Virus record (IMG/VR): IMGVR_UViG_3300037461_001375
Origin: an uncultured virus (IMG/VR IMGVR_UViG_3300037461_001375)
Taxonomy: Duplodnaviria > Heunggongvirae > Uroviricota > Caudoviricetes
Reading direction: 5' to 3' (one strand)
Length of the DNA: 64,000 bases
The notes below the pieces were generated by a model. That model searched no databases. It was not told where the DNA came from and saw only the letters and a program-made list of their open reading frames with translations. Positions within the stretch are counted from its first letter, which is position 1. Each line of letters opens with the position of its first letter. Shown here piece after piece: positions 17,669-25,973 of the stretch. The translations under genes were made by a program, and so were the position numbers.

Positions 17669-18607
17669 CTACGCAGCTCTCTGCTTCTTGAACTTCCGAA
17701 TTTCCTTTTCCTTGAGCAGAGAATCCAGAACGGAACTGATTTCCTCGAAGCCGGAAGCCACGGCTTGCCTTACATCAACAACCGTTTGCTTCACATCGTC
17801 GGAGTCTTTCGAGGAATATCGAATATCCTCAGGATCGAAACTTCCGAGCAAAGCCTTGGTTGCTTCGACAACAGATTCCAAGTCAGCATCGTTTGTGATG
17901 TCGCGAGTCGCGAACGTTGACAAAAATTCTTGAATTTTCTCGATCGTCGTAGTTTTGAATCGCTTGGGAACTCCGTCCTTCTCCCCGCGCAATGTCTCGC
18001 TGAAGTGATCCAGCATTTTCTTCAGGCTAATTCGCAACGTTTCACGCAGAGTGAACCAGAGATCTTCCCAGTCCTTCTTCATTGCAATACTTTGTTCACG
18101 CCAGATTTTTTCGTCGATGTCCTTCAGTTCCGGGCAAACGTCGATTGAGACAAATCGCCACTTGGCGCCAAAGGAATCTGGCAGAGCTTCAGGAGCAGGA
18201 TAGTCTGCCGGTTCAAACATTTTCCCGAGTCTTTTCTTGGCCTCCAAAACCAAGCGAGGATACTCTTCGATAAAAGCGTTGATCAAAACTTTCCGACCTT
18301 CAGAACGCTCGGTCAAATAGTCGTGAATTTTTTCAACCTGCGAAGGGTACAGAGTGTAGAAACCTCGCATACCCTCAAGGAAAGGCATACTCACTCGCTT
18401 TACATAGGTATACGTCTGGCTGTCGTAGGACTCGATTTTCTTCAACTCGGGAGAATCGATAATCTCTTTGCTCAGTCGCAGCATCGAGATGTCAACGTCC
18501 TCGAAATTACCCTCTTCAATGTCTGCCTTTCTGCTGGTTGTCGGCTTCCGAAAGTGCATAAACAGTGTGACAACATTTCCCTTCAACTCGTAACTCGTCT
18601 TGTCCAT
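17669..18607 (-). CDS. DUF3150-like protein
   Basis: LSKEIID, F...YP......K.RLG..F...DYP pattern, helical; AAGGAGG RBS. Confidence 0.55.
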   Translation of the reverse strand: MDKTSYELKGNVVTLFMHFRKPTTSRKADIEEGNFEDVDISMLRLSKEIIDSPELKKIESYDSQTYTYVKRVSMPFLEGMRGFYTLYPSQVEKIHDYLTERSEGRKVLINAFIEEYPRLVLEAKKRLGKMFEPADYPAPEALPDSFGAKWRFVSIDVCPELKDIDEKIWREQSIAMKKDWEDLWFTLRETLRISLKKMLDHFSETLRGEKDGVPKRFKTTTIEKIQEFLSTFATRDITNDADLESVVEATKALLGSFDPEDIRYSSKDSDDVKQTVVDVRQAVASGFEEISSVLDSLLKEKEIRKFKKQRAA

Positions 18608-18628
18608 TGCAAGCCTCCTTTCAAAACG

Positions 18629-18841
18629 TCAATGACTGTGATCGTGAGAGTGCGACAATCCGGTGTGAACGTGTCCCGACTTTTGCGAGCGCTTCTGTTT
18701 TGTTACTGAGCCTCCAAGTTCCTTTGCCAACATTTCAAGAAACAAATCAGCAGCTTTGTGGTTTGCCATTGAAATTTTACTGGTAGTTGTTTTGATTGTC
18801 CCGTCTTCGAGAATTTCGATTTGAAGTTCGTCAGCTTTCAT
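18629..18841 (-). CDS. DUF2997-like small protein with His-rich tail
   Basis: IEILEDGTI...LAKELGG pattern; downstream of a Ycf46-like ATPase. Confidence 0.55.
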   Translation of the reverse strand: MKADELQIEILEDGTIKTTTSKISMANHKAADLFLEMLAKELGGSVTKQKRSQKSGHVHTGLSHSHDHSH

Positions 18842-19397
18842 TGGCGCCCCCTTTTAGCTTGAATTTTCGTAAAGTGGATTGTGACAAAGACGAATCTGCA
18901 TTTGAATTGAGTAAACTCGACGTAGCGTGCAAATCAGCAATCGTTTTAACTTTTTTCTCCCTAATTTTTGAGGACCAGAATACGGCAATTAACGTAGAAC
19001 AGGTACAAGGTGCGTTGTTTCCATGAGTGCTGCAATAAACACGCACCGACCCAAGGTTGTCAAAAGGAGCAAGATAGAGGCACTTTTTCGTCCAGAAAAA
19101 GTATTCCAGCATGTCAATCGTATTGAGCGTGCTAAATGTTACTTCTACATGACCAGATCCAAACTGCTTTGAGCTTGCAGCGTAAGGCAATCTAGCAGTA
19201 ATTGTTTCTATAGGCAAAACTTCGATTGCGCTTTCATCGAAAAGCATTTCAGACTCGTAAGCTAACTCTGGCTCTGGCACATCGTTTATTGCTGCATTGT
19301 ACCTAGAAATTCTTGCCCTAGAAATTCTGGCAGACTTAGCAGACCTTTCGGTGAGAACCATTTTCACCAAAGCCGAGCGCTTCAAACCTTTCTTCAT
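18831..19397 (-). CDS. hypothetical protein
   Basis: abuts both neighbours; YCSTH...CTCS possible metal site. Confidence 0.55.
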   Translation of the reverse strand: MKKGLKRSALVKMVLTERSAKSARISRARISRYNAAINDVPEPELAYESEMLFDESAIEVLPIETITARLPYAASSKQFGSGHVEVTFSTLNTIDMLEYFFWTKKCLYLAPFDNLGSVRVYCSTHGNNAPCTCSTLIAVFWSSKIREKKVKTIADLHATSSLLNSNADSSLSQSTLRKFKLKGGANES

Positions 19398-19730
19398 CTA
19401 AATTTTCCTTAAAACAAATTTGTTCGCCGAAGTTTGCGTCACATTCCACTTGAACTTTTTTGCTGCATCTTTGACAGTGAGTTCGCTATACTTTCTTCGA
19501 ATTTCAGAAACAAGAGACTTGTTGTCGCGAGATGCGTATTGCGACGTCTGCAACACGAGGCCTTCTTGTTTGTTGTAGTACCCTGAAATGTAACTCTGTG
19601 AGTGGCGCATAGAAAATCCGGTTGGAGTTTTCTTTGTCTGAAACCCAAGAATTTGAAGCGCTGATTCAAGCCGATCAGTATTTGCAACAAACAAATCAAG
19701 CGAAGTGGTAATTATTTGATCGCAAGGCAT
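19398..19730 (-). CDS. DUF1257/Ycf35-like protein
   Basis: LESALQILGF...RRKYSELTVKDAAKKFKW pattern; directly after the AAA ATPase. Confidence 0.55.
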   Translation of the reverse strand: MPCDQIITTSLDLFVANTDRLESALQILGFQTKKTPTGFSMRHSQSYISGYYNKQEGLVLQTSQYASRDNKSLVSEIRRKYSELTVKDAAKKFKWNVTQTSANKFVLRKI

Positions 19731-19741
19731 TTTGCACCCCC

Positions 19742-21286
19742 TTATTTTGAAGAACGTTTTCTCATGCGACGCACGGCTTCCTCGTACTCAGGCATTACTG
19801 ACTTGTCCTTTTGATACGGTCCGGCATACGAAGCAGACAAATATCTTCCGTCGGCAGTATTTCTAAGTTTTTCTACTGACTGTGGATCCGAAATCATGAT
19901 GGGAACAATGTATCGGGAAACTTCAGTCAGTCGTTTTCCAAGTCTGTAAGCCAGAAAGCAACAGTTTCGAATCTCAGCTCCAGTCCAATTCGAGTACTCG
20001 GGAAGATCCTGCGCCTTTAGCCCATACTTGGACATGCAAATTTTCCAGATAGACGCTTGCTCTTGTGGGTTTGGAATATCGAAATACCAAATGCCGTCGA
20101 GAAACCGTCGTCGCAATTCTGGGGGCATGGCTTCCAACTTGTTGCAGGTCGCAAAAAAGTAAGCTTTGTTTCCACCAACAGCCAAAACCGTTTTCATCAT
20201 GGCTCGCATCTGAGCTTCAGACTGCCCAACAAGTGAGCCCTTAACTGCGCCAAGATCCATCTTGATTACTGGCACGTTAAATGTTTTCCCAACAGCCTGA
20301 GCGAACTGACTTTTTCCTGTTCCGGGAGGTCCAACGAGGATTTTCCCACAAATTTGATTGTCTTCCATTGTGCTGAGCATCACGCCGAGTTGATCCTGAC
20401 TAACGCCCGATGTGTCAGAACCAGAACCAAACGCACCAGCAAAAAGCTTTTCGATTTCGTCAATGAAGACAATACAGTTTGGCGATTGAGCGCTAGAAAA
20501 CAACGCTGCGTCGAAAGCTTTTATTTCCTCAGAACCACCGACGTCTTTGAAAGTAAACTGAGGCTCCCAGAATGTAAGTCCACGAGTTTTTTCGATGCTG
20601 GACTTTTTGCGCTTCCAAACAGAAGGCAAATTTACTCGATCGTTCTCGATGCTCATTGCAACCACTTGCTCAGCAGGAAAAGCAGGAAGACCTCGAAGGG
20701 CAGAAGCGATCTTCAAAGCGTCATCTTCTTCGATGTCGCCAATGCCAGCCGCCTCACACACCTTCGCTGCAATGTCCATCAACCTAGAATCGTCAGGCAG
20801 TTCCTCGGAAAACACGATAATGTCCTGTGCCAATTCCGGAGGGAACATGAAAGACGGCCCAAGCAATACAAGGGTTGAGCCATTGCTCTTGAACAGGTCT
20901 CGAAGGTTCCAAATGCCCTGAGAAACAGCCTCGCTCCCCTGTTGGGTAGGCTCTAAGTACCGGTGAGCGTTCAAGAAGAAAATCAGAGAATCGCCCGGAA
21001 ACTTCACCATCAAGTTAAGGGACTCAGCAGGATTGGATGTCATTGCCTGCAAGTTCTCTAAGTCGCCTCCAAATACTTGACGCAGAGCAGAAACAGCCAA
21101 TTCGTTTACGGCTTTCAGCCCAGAGATCAAGTCCCATCTAAAGACAGGAATGTTTGGTTCGACCTCGAATACAGCCTTTGTTACCTCGCGAATTGTCTCA
21201 CTTGGATCGAAAGTTTCTATGCCAACTAAAGGGGTTGATACTGATCTTGCATCTACTACCAAACGAGAAACTGGTTTTGCCTCCAT
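19742..21286 (-). CDS. Ycf46-like AAA+ ATPase with internally permuted ATPase domain
   Basis: inactive N-terminal AAA-like domain, FKDVGG, IVFIDEIEKLF, GPPGTGKS, VGQSE, FATCN, PPELRRRF; AAGGAGG RBS. Confidence 0.85.
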   Translation of the reverse strand: MEAKPVSRLVVDARSVSTPLVGIETFDPSETIREVTKAVFEVEPNIPVFRWDLISGLKAVNELAVSALRQVFGGDLENLQAMTSNPAESLNLMVKFPGDSLIFFLNAHRYLEPTQQGSEAVSQGIWNLRDLFKSNGSTLVLLGPSFMFPPELAQDIIVFSEELPDDSRLMDIAAKVCEAAGIGDIEEDDALKIASALRGLPAFPAEQVVAMSIENDRVNLPSVWKRKKSSIEKTRGLTFWEPQFTFKDVGGSEEIKAFDAALFSSAQSPNCIVFIDEIEKLFAGAFGSGSDTSGVSQDQLGVMLSTMEDNQICGKILVGPPGTGKSQFAQAVGKTFNVPVIKMDLGAVKGSLVGQSEAQMRAMMKTVLAVGGNKAYFFATCNKLEAMPPELRRRFLDGIWYFDIPNPQEQASIWKICMSKYGLKAQDLPEYSNWTGAEIRNCCFLAYRLGKRLTEVSRYIVPIMISDPQSVEKLRNTADGRYLSASYAGPYQKDKSVMPEYEEAVRRMRKRSSK

Positions 21287-21348
21287 GAAAAGCCTCCTTC
21301 CTGCCGGGGCCGACCGGCGAACACCCGGGAGATCCGAGTGATGGGGGG

Positions 21349-21377
21349 ATTATATGTAAAACGCAAACGCTTGTCAA
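21349..21377 (-). promoter_or_regulatory. consensus sigma70 promoter TTGACA-17-TATAAT
   Basis: -35 at 21372-21377, -10 at 21349-21354, intergenic, upstream of the AAA gene. Confidence 0.9.
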
Positions 21378-21453
21378 GCCCGGCTAAGTGTGCGAAATCG
21401 CTACGTTTTGTGAACCGGCCGGTCGAGACGGAGATGTGAACACGCAAACTGCT

Positions 21454-22437
21454 CTAATCAAAATTATTGAGTAAGGCTCTTACAGCATTAGAGGTTGTAA
21501 ACTGAATCAGGCTCAGAGTTGCACCGTCTCCAGCGTCCTTCGCACCAACCCACTTTCCAATGTAGGTACTCAATCCCCAAGAGCGTAGATCTTTGCAATA
21601 CTTTACTGTCTTTGAAAGAGGCTCAGTACTGTCCAAGGCCAATGTCACACTTCCCGGTTCTCGAATTGAGATCAGAGCTATTTGGCTAGCATTTATTGAA
21701 GATCCGAGCAGAGCTACGGCTTTCGTTTTAGAGTCAGAGCATCCCTGATTGAATCGAAGAGCATCGCCAACGCCTTCAACAAGAACAACGTTGTCTCCCG
21801 GATTAACTAGATCTATCAGGTACAATACAGGATTGATTTCCGTTTTCGTAATATATCGTGGTTGCTGTTGTGGGTTTATCGCTCTTGTTTGGTATCCGAC
21901 CAAATCGCCGTTCATGCGTATCGGAAAAACAAGGCGATAGCTTTCTGCGATTGTCTTGGCTCGCTCGATAAATCTTATTTCGTACTTGTCCAGCGTTTCT
22001 GGAAAAAGCCCCCACTTCACTGCTGCAAATGAACTAGCCTCATTGCTCCTAGAGGCGGGTATTGACTCGGGTAGAGAAAGAAACTCAAAAGTTTCTGATA
22101 CAGGTTTTGGCATAGAAATTTTAGCTCGATGGGAAATTCCAAAGTTGCTAAGAAGATATGCAAAAGCTTCACCCTTGGTTTGAAAGTTTCCTAGAATACG
22201 AACAAATTCAACAAAGCCTCCTCGAAGTTTTGGGTGAGCAATGCAACCTGAGTTCCAACAACCAACGACTATAGCGCTGAAATTTTTACTTTCGGGAATT
22301 ACCCACCCTCGACGCCTAGTATCGTGGCAGAAAGGGCAGTTGAAAGTATACACCCCAGAAGATCTAGGACGTACAGGAATGTTTCTTCGCATCAAGTACT
22401 TCAGAGGATCTATTTTTCGCGTCAAGTCATAGGTCAT
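21454..22437 (-). CDS. DNA primase (zinc-binding domain + TOPRIM)
   Basis: CPFC...CWNSGC, RLVFP, GYQTR, PRY, VEGVGD, ALLG, KD motifs. Confidence 0.85.
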   Translation of the reverse strand: MTYDLTRKIDPLKYLMRRNIPVRPRSSGVYTFNCPFCHDTRRRGWVIPESKNFSAIVVGCWNSGCIAHPKLRGGFVEFVRILGNFQTKGEAFAYLLSNFGISHRAKISMPKPVSETFEFLSLPESIPASRSNEASSFAAVKWGLFPETLDKYEIRFIERAKTIAESYRLVFPIRMNGDLVGYQTRAINPQQQPRYITKTEINPVLYLIDLVNPGDNVVLVEGVGDALRFNQGCSDSKTKAVALLGSSINASQIALISIREPGSVTLALDSTEPLSKTVKYCKDLRSWGLSTYIGKWVGAKDAGDGATLSLIQFTTSNAVRALLNNFD

Positions 22438-22997
22438 TGGTTAACCCATCCCGACTCATTCTGAAAGAAAAATTTAATGACTTTGAAAATTTCTGTCGTC
22501 AAGCTTACTTCTGACTCTTCTAGCTGAGATGGAGTTGGTTGAAATCGTCTGCGAACATAAAAGTTCTCATTTGAATTTTTACGGAAGAAGTCAAAAAAAG
22601 CATGGGAAAACTTTTCAGAATTCATATACACTGCGTAAACACACAGGCAGCCAGAGCCTTCCTTCAAATCAAGTATTTCCACGTAGGAATTTTTTTGAAA
22701 ATCAAAAGCCAAGCAACCAAGAAATCCGGCAGCCAAAAGAGGCTCTTGAGAGTAAGTTTTCCAGTTGTCTAATCCAGTTACCGTTGACTGAAATACTCCA
22801 GTGTTGAAATCTTCCAGAAGCGACAGAACGGAAGAGCCACAAATGGCGGATTGTGTTTCGGTTCGATACAGGAAAATCTTGAAAGCTGGAGACAATCCAA
22901 GCTCTACCTTGAAGTCATTGGCAAGATAGGACTCCAGTACCAAAATTTCTGCCAAGAAGTGCCCACCGTCAAACTCAGTAAGTAATCTGTTCTCCAT
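22434..22997 (-). CDS. hypothetical protein
   Basis: ORF in the operon. Confidence 0.55.
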   Translation of the reverse strand: MENRLLTEFDGGHFLAEILVLESYLANDFKVELGLSPAFKIFLYRTETQSAICGSSVLSLLEDFNTGVFQSTVTGLDNWKTYSQEPLLAAGFLGCLAFDFQKNSYVEILDLKEGSGCLCVYAVYMNSEKFSHAFFDFFRKNSNENFYVRRRFQPTPSQLEESEVSLTTEIFKVIKFFFQNESGWVNQ

Positions 22998-23000
22998 GAC

Positions 23001-23183
23001 TTAGCCCTCACAAAGTTTGTTGCACAACAGCTTAAACTTTTTTGGATTTTTTGAAACAACGATGTACGCAGAAATTGAAGTACCGAAAGGAAGCCAATCA
23101 GCCTCTCTTGGGAATTCGTTTTCGATGATGTACCTTGCACCATTCAAAATTTCGTTTTGTAATTCGATTTTATCGGAGTCCAT
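23001..23183 (-). CDS. hypothetical protein
   Basis: GGAGGT RBS. Confidence 0.55.
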   Translation of the reverse strand: MDSDKIELQNEILNGARYIIENEFPREADWLPFGTSISAYIVVSKNPKKFKLLCNKLCEG

Positions 23184-23730
23184 GTTTTACCTCCAGCACT
23201 GCAACTGGAATAGATTCGAGCATCGAAGAGGAATCGTCAAACGTAACGTCGAAGGCCGAAAGATTTAGTTGATTGCGTAGCATTGACAGAACGTCTGAGA
23301 TCAAGAAATCCTTTGAAGTGCCCTGTAGAAAAACACGACCGTTCAAACTTAGAGAGTAGTTTTCGCCGGATTTTTTGACTGTGAACTTTAGCCTTAGAGG
23401 GTTGTAACTTTTGCTTTCAGCTAGTCGCGACTTTTCTTCAACAATCTTGCTGGGTATCCCTTGCAATCTGGCTGGAACTTCCGGGGCTTTAGCGTGAAAG
23501 CCACAAAGCCGAGTGACTATCACTGGAACTTCTTCGAACTTTTTCTTGTCAAAAACTTTCCACGTAGGACGATCATGATTTTCTTCGCAGTGGCATCCAC
23601 AAGGTTCAATGAAAGATCTAAGATTTCCACCCCTGAAAACTTCCACTTCTTCTTCGTTAGGAAGGGCATCATCCGGTTTGAAGCCTAACTGTTTTGCGAT
23701 TGGATTTAGAAGCTCCGACATCTTTTGCAT
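23170..23730 (-). CDS. hypothetical protein
   Basis: start reassigned to ATG 23730 (AAGGAGG RBS); the track start lies inside the promoter -35. Confidence 0.6.
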   Translation of the reverse strand: MQKMSELLNPIAKQLGFKPDDALPNEEEVEVFRGGNLRSFIEPCGCHCEENHDRPTWKVFDKKKFEEVPVIVTRLCGFHAKAPEVPARLQGIPSKIVEEKSRLAESKSYNPLRLKFTVKKSGENYSLSLNGRVFLQGTSKDFLISDVLSMLRNQLNLSAFDVTFDDSSSMLESIPVAVLEVKHGLR

Positions 23731-23782
23731 AACGCCTCCTTCTGAAAACGAACTCGGTGGGGGCCGACCCACCGGTGAACGA

Positions 23783-23811
23783 AGTGTACCACAAGCGTTT
23801 TCGGATGTCAA
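23783..23811 (-). promoter_or_regulatory. sigma70-type promoter TTGACA-17-TACACT
   Basis: -35 at 23806-23811, -10 at 23783-23788, extended TG. Confidence 0.8.
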
Positions 23812-23875
23812 GCGAGAAGATGTCAGAGACTAACGGCTAAAGGTTTAGCTTAAAAGTATAAAGTACTCTAGAATC

Positions 23876-25300
23876 TTACCTAAGATCTCTCGCAGGAACA
23901 GCCTCAATGTTGGAGTCTATTCCATCTTGAACATTTCCAAACTCAGCCAAAACTTTGTCAGTCACATCCCTGAATCGCATTATCTCTCGGTCAACCTCGT
24001 AGATTCCAGCTAACTTCTCGTCTTCATCCTCTCTCAGAGCTGCAAGGTACAATGCTCGGCAGCCTGATTCTCGAAGAGGCTTGTCACCACAAATTGCGAT
24101 TGCTCCGTCCAAAACTGCAATGACTTCAAAACTTTCTGCAATGTCGGCTTTTGTTATCACAGTCTTTTCGACGGCTTGTCGGTTTACAAGAGCAGCAGAC
24201 CAAACAACAACGTTAAGTTCTCTAGCGAGTTGAGACATTTCTCGGGAAATTTGGGCTAGCTCGTGTCGCTTTTCTTTTTCTCTGGTATCTGAAGACATAA
24301 TGTTTAAGTAATCCAACACAACGAGATCTATGTCTGTTCCCTCGCCTCTGAGTTCTTCGACAACTCTGGCTGCCTCGGAACACCCATGTTTTCTCGCATC
24401 AAATTCTTGAACAACAATCTCCCCGGAACCGGCAGCCTTCATTCCCTTGATGGCTCGGCTCAAAGCAGGAAGACCATCGGAACTCTGTAGTTCATTTTTG
24501 TTCTTTCGCGAAATGTTTCTATCCATGCGCATGAGCATCTTCATCCAATTCATTTCGTAGGAAAAATATGCCACGCCATATCTTGATCGAGCTGCACCAA
24601 GCGCTGCGTTCAGTTGAAAGCCTGTCTTAGAGCCTTTTGGCTCGGCCAGAATGTAAAAAACTTCGCCTCTTGCTGGACCCCCACTAAGCTCAGCATCCAA
24701 AGTTTTTAGACCAGTTGGAATTTTTTTCCTGCTGTCTACTCGCTTCCACTCTACAGCGCGAAGGGCGTAATCTCGAATCAAAAAGCCTCGTCTAACACTG
24801 TCAGACCCGCCAACCCTCAAGGCCTCGTCTATTGTTCGACGTATAGTTTTAGAATCGGGAGGTGTGCCATTCTCCTGAGCTTCTGAAATTATTTCTGCTG
24901 CACGCATCACGGCAGTGGCGATTGCCGATTCTTGTGCAAACCTACGAACACGGTCCTTTACGTAGTTTGGGTCTGGAATTTTTATTGACCTAACAATTTT
25001 CCATTCTCGAATCAAAGCCGACGACTCATTCTTTGGCAATCGTTTTGTTTCGTACAGCACGAGATCGTCCATCGTTGCAGTTCCCGGACGTTCGTTTCTG
25101 TTTTCCTTGGAAAACTTTTCTATGATACAAGCTAAAGCTTTCCTTGGTGAGAATACATTCGAGTCCACATCAAAAAATTCCGGGCGAAAGGAATCGCTAG
25201 CAGAGCGAAGTAGATCGGATCTAACAGCCAATGCTAGTATCTTCCTCTGAAACATTTCGTTGAATTCATAGTTATTCGGCATCGCACTGGATCCTCCCAA
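23876..25300 (-). CDS. DnaB-like (SF4) replicative helicase
   Basis: IPTGLKTLDAELSGG, YFSYEM, VVLDYL, LARELNVVVW, DIAES motifs. Confidence 0.88.
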   Translation of the reverse strand: MGGSSAMPNNYEFNEMFQRKILALAVRSDLLRSASDSFRPEFFDVDSNVFSPRKALACIIEKFSKENRNERPGTATMDDLVLYETKRLPKNESSALIREWKIVRSIKIPDPNYVKDRVRRFAQESAIATAVMRAAEIISEAQENGTPPDSKTIRRTIDEALRVGGSDSVRRGFLIRDYALRAVEWKRVDSRKKIPTGLKTLDAELSGGPARGEVFYILAEPKGSKTGFQLNAALGAARSRYGVAYFSYEMNWMKMLMRMDRNISRKNKNELQSSDGLPALSRAIKGMKAAGSGEIVVQEFDARKHGCSEAARVVEELRGEGTDIDLVVLDYLNIMSSDTREKEKRHELAQISREMSQLARELNVVVWSAALVNRQAVEKTVITKADIAESFEVIAVLDGAIAICGDKPLRESGCRALYLAALREDEDEKLAGIYEVDREIMRFRDVTDKVLAEFGNVQDGIDSNIEAVPARDLR

Positions 25301-25973
25301 CCTTTTGTCTGTTGGATTTTCCCTCGATATACAGACACAAAAAGTTGGAGACTAATCGGTCTACAATTCTTTCACCGAAGTGTTTGACCAAGTTGGAAGG
25401 TGATCTGTTCATAGTTAAAATTAGACGCTTTTTATTACTAAACTGTTCTAGTATTGCGTACAAAATCGACTCACGAAAATCTGTCATTGTGCCCACGTCA
25501 ATGTCGTCGAGGATTAAAACTTCAGGTTTTCGTAAAATATCGTCGAAAGCTCGCATGTACTCCGATCCGGATGTCGTGCTCAAAGCCCACAGTCGCATAG
25601 TCAAACCAATCCAACTTTCAAACCAAACAGGAGCAATATATTTTACTTTTGAATCAGAGTCTGAAAGTTTTTGTCTAGCAGCATTTGTGGCTTTCATCCA
25701 GTCGACTGCCAAGCCATCTCCGGCAAGCGCTCGCTCACGGGCAGCAGAAACAGCTAAGCCGGTCTTGCCAACACCGGCCGGGCCAAAAAGCAAAAGTCCG
25801 GAGGGCTTTGGTTCTGGCATTGCAGTCCATGCTCTGACAAGTTTGTACGGAATACCTTTTACAATCGAGTGTGGCGTACTACAAAATGAAAAGTTTTGGT
25901 ACTGGCCCCTAATGTTTGCGGCCTCCAGCCTTTGACGCCGAAGGTCGTCTATACTAAAAACTTTGTTAAGCAT
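25272..25973 (-). CDS. DnaC/IstB-like helicase loader ATPase
   Basis: GPAGVGKT, LILDDI, ILTMN, GERIVDRL, GKSNR. Confidence 0.88.
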   Translation of the reverse strand: MLNKVFSIDDLRRQRLEAANIRGQYQNFSFCSTPHSIVKGIPYKLVRAWTAMPEPKPSGLLLFGPAGVGKTGLAVSAARERALAGDGLAVDWMKATNAARQKLSDSDSKVKYIAPVWFESWIGLTMRLWALSTTSGSEYMRAFDDILRKPEVLILDDIDVGTMTDFRESILYAILEQFSNKKRLILTMNRSPSNLVKHFGERIVDRLVSNFLCLYIEGKSNRQKVGRIQCDAE

